DNA of 64,000 bases from Eledone cirrhosa. Its lineage: Eukaryota. Numbering within the stretch: position 1 is the first letter of the stretch; each line of letters begins with the position of its first letter. A program made the translations under genes and the position numbers. Shown here in pieces: positions 56,201 to 64,000 of this stretch. Under the pieces are notes generated by a model, which was given only the letters and a program-made list of their open reading frames with translations, was not told the origin of the DNA and ran no database searches. The DNA lies in assembly GCA_964016885.1 (NCBI GenBank), contig OZ024743.1, positions 186,372,001 through 186,436,000 on the forward strand, in the 5' to 3' direction.

Positions 56201-59200
56201 TTGATGGTAGTGTTTCACTCGTACATCAGCTCTAACTATTATATCTATAACATAGTATAACAGTAATAATTGATGGTAGTGTTTCACTCGTACATCAGCT
56301 CTAACTATTATATCTATAACATAGTATAACAGTAATAATCGATGGTAGTGTTTCACTCCTAAGTCAGCTCTGATTACTATATCTATAACATAGTATAACA
56401 GTAATAATTGATGGTAGTGTTTCACTCCTAGGTCAGCTCTAACTACTATATCTATAACATAGTTTAACAGTAATAATTGATGGTAGTGTTTCACTCGTAC
56501 ATCAGCTCTAACTATTATATCTATAACATAGTATAACAGTAATAATTGATGGTAGTGTTTCACTCGTACATCAGCTCTAACTATTATATCTATAACATAG
56601 TATAACAGTAATAATCGATGGTAGTGCTTCACTCCTAAGTCAGCTCTGATTACTATATCTATAACATAGTATAACAGTAATAATCGATGGTAGTGTTTCA
56701 CTCCTAGATCAGCTCTGACTACTATATCTATAACATAGTATAACAGTAATAATTGATGGTAATGTTTCACTCCTAAGTCAGCTCTAACTACTATATCTAT
56801 TACATAGTATAACAGTAATAATTGATGGTAGTGTTTCACTCCTAAGTCAGCCCTAACTACTATATCTACAACATAGTATAACAGTAATAATTGATGGAAG
56901 TCTTTCACTCCTAAGTCAGCTCTAACTACTATATCTATAACATAGTATAACAGTAATAATTGATGGTAGTGTTTCATTGCTAAGTCAGCTCTAACTACTA
57001 TATCTATAACATAGTATAACAGTAATAATAGATGGTAGTGTTTCACCCCTAAATAAGCTCTGACTACTATATATATAACATAGTATAACAGTAATAATTG
57101 AGGGTAGTGTTTCACTCCTAAGTCAGCTCTAACTACTATATCTATAACATAGTATAACAGTAATAATTGATGGAAGTGTTTCACTCCTAAATCAGCTCTA
57201 ACTACTATATCTACAACATAGTATAACAGTAATAATTGATGGTAGTGTTTCACTCCTAAGTCAGCTCTAACTACTATATCTATAACATAGTATAACAGTA
57301 ATAATTGATGGTAGTGTTTCATTCCTAAGTCAGCTCTAACTACTATATCTATAATATAGTATAACAGTAATAATTGATGGTAGTGTTTCACTCCTAGGTC
57401 AGCTCTGACTACTATATCTATAACATAGTATAACAGTAATAAATGATGATAGTGTTTCACTCCTAGGTCAGCTCTAACTATTATATCTATAACATAGTAT
57501 AACAGTAATAATTGATGGTAGTGTTTCACTCGTACGTCAGCTCTAACTATTATATTTATAACATAGTATAACAGTAATAATTGATGGTAGTGTTTCACTC
57601 ATACATCAGCTCTAACTATTATATCTATAACATAGTATAACAGTAATAATCGATGGTAGTGTTTCACTCGTAAGTCAGCTCTGATTACTATATCTATAAC
57701 ATAGTATAACAGTAATAATTGATGGTAGTGTTTCACTCCTAAGTCAGCTCTAACTACTATATCTATAACATAGTATAACAGTAATAATCGATGGTAGTGT
57801 TTCACTCCTAGATTAGCTCTGACTACTATATCTATAACATAGTATAACAGTAATAATTGATGGTAGTGTTTCACTCCTAAGTCAGCTCTAACTACTATAT
57901 CTACAACATAGTATAACAGTAATAATTGATGGTAGTGTTTCATTGCTAAGTCAGCTCTAACTACTATATCTATAACATAGTATAACAGTAATAATTGATG
58001 GTAGTGTTTCACCCCTAAATAAGCTCTGACTACTATATATATAACATAGTATAACAGTAATAATTGAGGGTAGTGTTTCACTCCTAGGTCAGCTCTAACT
58101 ACTATATCTATAACATAGTATAACAGTAATAATTGATGGTAGTGTTTCACTCCTAGGTCATCTCTGACTACTATATCTATAACATAGTATAACAGTAACA
58201 ATTGATGGTAGTGTTTCACTCCTAGGTCATCCGTGACTACTATATCTATAACATAGTATAACAGTAATAATTGATGGTAGTGTTACACTCCTAGGTCAGC
58301 TCTAACTACTATATCTATAACATAGTACAACAGTAATAATTGATGGTAGTGTTTCACTCGTAGGTCAGCTCTAACTACTATATCTATAACATAGTATAAC
58401 AGTAATAATTGATGGTAGTGTTTCACTCCTAAATCAGCCTTAACTACTATATCTATAACATAGTATAATAGTAATAATTGATGGTAGTGTTTCACTCCTA
58501 AGTCAGCTCTAACTACTATATCTATAACATAGTATAACGGTAATAATTGATGGTAGTGTTTCACTCCTAGGTCAGCTCTGACTACTATATCTATAACATA
58601 GTATAACAGTAATAATTGATGGTAGTGTTTCATTCCTAAGTCAGCTCTAACTACTATATCTATAACATAGTATAACAGTAATAATTGATGGAAGTGTTTC
58701 ACTCCTAGGTCAGCTCTGACTACTATATCTATAACATAGTATAACAGTAATAAATGATGATAGTGTTTCACTCCTAGGTCAGCTCTAACTCTTATATCTA
58801 TAACATAGTATAACAGTAATAATTGATGGTAGTGTTTCACCCCAAAATCGGCTGTAACTACTATATCTATAACATAGTATAACAGTAATAATTGATGGTA
58901 GTGTTTTACTCCTAGGTCATCTCTGACTACTATATCTATAACATAGTATAACAGTAACAATTGATGGTAGTGTTTCACTCCTAGGTCATCTGTGACTACT
59001 ATATCTATAACATAGTATAACAGTAATAATTGATGGTAGTGTTACACTCCTAGGTCAGCTCTAACTACTATATCTATAACATAGTACAACCGTAATAATT
59101 GATGGTAGTGTTTCACTCGTAGGTCAGCTCTAACTACTATATCTATAACATAGTATAACAGTAATAATTGATGGTAGTGTTTCACTCCTAAATCAGCCCT

Positions 59201-62200
59201 AACTACTATATCTATAACATAGTATAACAGTAATAATTGATGGTAGTGTTTCACTCCTAAGTCAGCTCTAACTACTATATCTATAACATAGTATAACGGT
59301 AATAATTGATGGTAGTGTTTCACTCCTAGCTCAGCTCTAACTACTATATCTATAACATAGTATAACAGTAATAATTGATGGTAGTGTTTCACTCCTAAGT
59401 CAGCTCTGACTACTATATCTATAACATAGTATAACAGTAATAATGGATGGTAGTGTTTCACTCCTAGGTCAGCTCTGACTACCATATCTATAACATAGTA
59501 TAACAGTAATAATTGATGGTAGTGTTTCACTCCTACGTCAACTCTAACTCCTATATCCCTAACATAGTATAACAGTTATAACTGATGGTAGTGTTTCACT
59601 CCTAAGTTAGCTCTAACTACTATATCTATAACATAGTATAACGGTAATAATTGATGGTAGTGTTTCACTCCTAAGTCAGATCTAACTACTATATCTATAA
59701 CATAGTATAACAGTAATAATTGATGGTAGTGTTTCATTCCTAAGTCAGCTCTGACTACTATATCTATAACATAGTATAACAGTAATAATTGATGGTAGTG
59801 TTTCACTCCTAAGTCAGCTCTAACTACTATATCTATAACACAGTGTAACAGTAATAATTGATGGTAGTGTTTCACTCCTAGGTCAGCTCTAACTACTATA
59901 TATATAACATAGTATAACAGTAATAATTGAAGGTAGTGTTTCACTCCTAGGTCAGCTCTAACTACTATATCTATAACATAGTATAAAAGTAATAATTGAT
60001 GGTAGTGTTTCACTCCTAAGTCAACTCTAACTACTATATCTATAACATAGTACAACAGTAATAATTGATGGTAGTGTTTCACTCCTAGGTCAGCTCTGAC
60101 TACTATATCTATAACATAGTATAACAGTAATAATTGATGGTAGAGTTTCACTCCTAAGTCAGCTCTAACTACTATATCTATAATATAGTATAACAGTAAT
60201 AATTGATGGTAGTGTTTCACCCCTAAATAAGCTCTGACTACTATATATATATTACATAGTATAACAGTAATAATTGAGGGTAGTGTTTCACTCCTAAGTC
60301 AGCTCTAACTACTATATCTATAACATAGTATAACAGTAATAATTGATGGTAGTGTTTCACTCCTATATCAGCTCTAACTACTATATCTATAACATAGTAT
60401 AACAGTAATAATTGATGGTAGTGTTTCACCCCTAAACAAGCTCTGACTACTATATATATAACATAGTATAACAGTAATAATTGAGGGTAGTGTTTCACTC
60501 CTAAGTCAGCTCTAACTACTATATCAATAACACAGTATAACACTAATAATTGATGATAGTCTTTCACTCCTAGGTCAGCTCTAACTACTATATCTATAAC
60601 ATAGTATAATAGTAATAATTGATGGTAGTGTTTCACTCCTAGGTCAGCTCTAACTACTATATCTATAACATAGTTTAACAGTAATAATTGATGGTAGTGT
60701 TTCACTCGTACATCAGCTCTAACTATTATATCTATTACATAGTATAACAGTAATAATTGATGGTAGTGTTTCACTCGTACATCAGCTCTAACTATTATAT
60801 CTATAACATAGTATAACAGTAATAATCGATGGTAGTGTTTCACTCCTAAGCCAGCTCTGATTACTATATCTATAACATAGTATAACAGTAATAATTGATG
60901 GTAGTGTTTCACTCCTAGGACAGCTCTAACTACTATATCTATAACATAGTTTAACAGTAATAATTGATGGTAGTGTTTCACTCGTACATCAGCTCTAACT
61001 ATTATATCTATAACATAGTATAACAGTAATAATTGATGGTAGTGTTTCACTCGTACATCAGCTCTAACTATTATATCTATAACATAGTATAACAGTAATA
61101 ATCGATGGTAGTGTTTCACTCCTAAGTCAGCTCTGATTACTATATCTATAACATAGTATAACAGTAATAATTGATGGTAGTGTTTCACTCCTAGGTCAGC
61201 TCTAACTACTATATCTATAACATAGTTTAACAGTAATAATTGATGGTAGTGTTTCACTCGTACATCAGCTCTAACTATTATATCTATAACATAGTATAAC
61301 AGTAATAATTGATGGTAGTGTTTCACTCGTACATCAGCTCTAACTATTATATCTATAACATAGTATAACAGTAATAATCGATGGTAGTGCTTCACTCCTA
61401 AGTCAGCTCTGATTACTATATCTATAACATAGTATAACAGTAATAATCGATGGTAGTGTTTCACTCCTAGATCAGCTCTGACTACTATATCTATAACATA
61501 GTATAACAGTAATAATTGATGGTAATGTTTCACTCCTAAGTCAGCTCTAACTACTATATCTATTACATAGTATAACAGTAATAATTGATGGTAGTGTTTC
61601 ACTCCTAAGTCAGCCCTAACTACTATATCTACAACATAGTATAACAGTAATAATTGATGGAAGTCTTTCACTCCTAAGTCAGCTCTAACTACTATATCTA
61701 TAACATAGTATAACAGTAATAATTGATGGTAGTGTTTCATTGCTAAGTCAGCTCTAACTACTATATCTATAACATAGTATAACAGTAATAATAGATGGTA
61801 GTGTTTCACCCCTAAATAAGCTCTGACTACTATATATATAACATAGTATAACAGTAATAATTGAGGGTAGTGTTTCACTCCTAAGTCAGCTCTAACTACT
61901 ATATCTATAACATAGTATAACAGTAATAATTGATGGAAGTGTTTCACTCCTAAATCAGCTCTAACTACTATATCTACAACATAGTATAACAGTAATAATT
62001 GATGGTAGTGTTTCACTCCTAAGTCAGCTCTAACTACTATATCTATAACATAGTATAACAGTAATAATTGATGGTAGTGTTTCATTCCTAAGTCAGCTCT
62101 AACTACTATATCTATAATATAGTATAACAGTAATAATTGATGGTAGTGTTTCACTCCTAGGTCAGCTCTGACTACTATATCTATAACATAGTATAACAGT

Positions 62201-64000
62201 AATAAATGATGATAGTGTTTCACTCCTAGGTCAGCTCTAACTATTATATCTATAACATAGTATAACAGTAATAATTGATGGTAGTGTTTCACTCGTACGT
62301 CAGCTCTAACTATTATATTTATAACATAGTATAACAGTAATAATTGATGGTAGTGTTTCACTCATACATCAGCTCTAACTATTATATCTATAACATAGTA
62401 TAACAGTAATAATCGATGGTAGTGTTTCACTCGTAAGTCAGCTCTGATTACTATATCTATAACATAGTATAACAGTAATAATTGATGGTAGTGTTTCACT
62501 CCTAAGTCAGCTCTAACTACTATATCTATAACATAGTATAACAGTAATAATCGATGGTAGTGTTTCACTCCTAGATTAGCTCTGACTACTATATCTATAA
62601 CATAGTATAACAGTAATAATTGATGGTAGTGTTTCACTCCTAAGTCAGCTCTAACTACTATATCTACAACATAGTATAACAGTAATAATTGATGGTAGTG
62701 TTTCATTGCTAAGTCAGCTCTAACTACTATATCTATAACATAGTATAACAGTAATAATTGATGGTAGTGTTTCACCCCTAAATAAGCTCTGACTACTATA
62801 TATATAACATAGTATAACAGTAATAATTGAGGGTAGTGTTTCACTCCTAGGTCAGCTCTAACTACTATATCTATAACATAGTATAACAGTAATAATTGAT
62901 GGTAGTGTTTCACTCCTAGGTCATCTCTGACTACTATATCTATAACATAGTATAACAGTAACAATTGATGGTAGTGTTTCACTCCTAGGTCATCCGTGAC
63001 TACTATATCTATAACATAGTATAACAGTAATAATTGATGGTAGTGTTACACTCCTAGGTCAGCTCTAACTACTATATCTATAACATAGTACAACAGTAAT
63101 AATTGATGGTAGTGTTTCACTCGTAGGTCAGCTCTAACTACTATATCTATAACATAGTATAACAGTAATAATTGATGGTAGTGTTTCACTCCTAAATCAG
63201 CCTTAACTACTATATCTATAACATAGTATAATAGTAATAATTGATGGTAGTGTTTCACTCCTAAGTCAGCTCTAACTACTATATCTATAACATAGTATAA
63301 CGGTAATAATTGATGGTAGTGTTTCACTCCTAGGTCAGCTCTGACTACTATATCTATAACATAGTATAACAGTAATAATTGATGGTAGTGTTTCATTCCT
63401 AAGTCAGCTCTAACTACTATATCTATAACATAGTATAACAGTAATAATTGATGGAAGTGTTTCACTCCTAGGTCAGCTCTGACTACTATATCTATAACAT
63501 AGTATAACAGTAATAAATGATGATAGTGTTTCACTCCTAGGTCAGCTCTAACTCTTATATCTATAACATAGTATAACAGTAATAATTGATGGTAGTGTTT
63601 CACTCGTACGTCAGCTCTAACTATTATATCTATAACATAGTATAACAGTAATAATTGATGGTAGTGTTTCACTCATACATCAGCTCTAACTATTATATCT
63701 ATAACATAGTATAACAGTAATAATCGATGGTAGTGTTTCACTCGTAAGTCAGCTCTGATTACTATATCTATAACATAGTATAACAGTAATAATCGATGGT
63801 AGTGTTTCACTCCTAGATCAGCTCTGACTACTATATCTATAACATAGTATAACAGTAATAATTGATGGTAGTGTTTCACTCCTAAGTCAGCTCTAACTAC
63901 TATATCTACAACATAGTATAACAGTAATAATTGATGGAAGTATTTCACTCCTAGGTCTGCTCTAACTACTATATCTATAACATAGTATAACAGTAATAAT
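50260..64000. repeat. Right array domain (variant set resembling the left domain), with a partial 44-monomer duplication (offset 3,036 bp)
   Basis: CACCCCTAAATAAG, CACCCCAAAATCGGCTG, TAGTTTAAC and AAATCAGCCCT variants return. ORFs 50490..51179 and 53526..54215 translate identically at +3036 (44x69). Confidence 0.8.
54075..63600. repeat. Near-perfect tandem duplication of 4,763 bp (69 monomers + 2 bp): ~54075-58837 and ~58838-63600
   Basis: ORF pairs 54279/59042, 54813/59576, 55478/60241, 57599/62362 and 58283/63046 are all offset by 4763, and the 214-, 706- and 206-aa pairs translate identically. The +2 is a TA slippage (TATATATATATTAC ~55479/~60242). One visible difference: AGATCT at ~54501 vs AGCTCT at ~59264. 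Confidence 0.93.

Larger units (their letters stand above)
1..64000. repeat. Satellite DNA: head-to-tail tandem array of a 69-bp AT-rich monomer, ~927 copies, single orientation, extending past both window edges
   Basis: The consensus AGCTCTAACTACTATATCTATAACATAGTATAACAGTAATAATTGATGGTAGTGTTTCACTCCTARGTC (69 nt, 21 G+C) recurs at 1, 70, 139... to the end. Monomers typically differ by a few substitutions and indels are rare. I saw no non-repeat interruption or inversion. The 23-aa periodicity of the ORF track matches 69 bp. Confidence 0.99.

Noticed and set aside
820-63948. The many minus-strand ORFs (63-706 aa) encoding (VKHYHQLLLLYYVIDIVVRADLG)n
   Set aside because: They follow automatically from a 69-bp (3n) monomer with one stop-free frame. 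Most initial 'M's are the GTG found in every monomer. Ends are sporadic GGA>TGA or AAA>TAA changes or frameshifts. There are no unique N- or C-terminal domains and no recognisable protein family, so they are not annotated as CDS.
1-64000. CRISPR array (period ~69 bp; GTTTCAC/GTGAAAC resembles CRISPR repeat ends)
   Set aside because: There are no unique spacers: the whole 69 bp is conserved in every unit. No leader or cas genes are present.
1-64000. Variant cassette library for antigenic variation, diversity-generating retroelement or integron array
   Set aside because: No expression locus, reverse transcriptase, recombinase or attC-like structure is present. Variation is sparse point change inherited in duplicated blocks rather than concentrated in a hypervariable segment.
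1-64000. Pure sequencing or rolling-circle concatemer artefact of one short template
   Set aside because: Variants recur in ordered, nested blocks with arithmetic consistency across tens of kb, which random read error on a single template would not produce. Individual duplications could still be assembly errors.
1-64000. Telomeric repeat, tRNA array or 5S/spliced-leader RNA tandem array
   Set aside because: There is no short G-rich telomere unit, no cloverleaf or A/B boxes, and no recognisable 5S or spliced-leader sequence; the unit is too short and AT-rich for these gene arrays.

Overview
The whole 64-kb window is one uninterrupted, single-orientation tandem array of an AT-rich (~30% GC) 69-bp monomer, about 927 copies. 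The + strand consensus is AGCTCTAACTACTATATCTATAACATAGTATAACAGTAATAATTGATGGTAGTGTTTCACTCCTA(A/G)GTC. I see no unique sequence, genuine gene, RNA gene, transposon or CRISPR spacer, and both ends of the array lie outside the window. This is satellite DNA, most plausibly eukaryotic; the organism cannot be identified from the sequence. Every ORF in the track is a translation of this repeat. Nearly all use the one stop-free frame of a monomer whose length is a multiple of 3 (VKHYHQLLLLYYVIDIVVRADLG)n, and they are broken by propagated stops and frameshifts. The real information lies in the monomer variants, which reveal a layered structure. (i) The left (1-~12.3 kb) and right (~50.3-64 kb) domains share diagnostic variants absent from the middle. 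(ii) A central ~37-kb domain is built from variable-length higher-order repeats (HORs, ~24-57 monomers) marked by an indel cassette, in two subfamilies. (iii) A short, highly diverged junction lies near 49.6-50.3 kb. (iv) Individual recombination events can be read directly: a near-perfect 4,763-bp tandem duplication, a chimeric monomer, a 73-bp microhomology deletion and a sub-monomer conversion patch. I found no support for a new protein-coding or defence system. The best leads are the layered HOR architecture and a weak hint that the commonest variants are synonymous in the open minus-strand frame.
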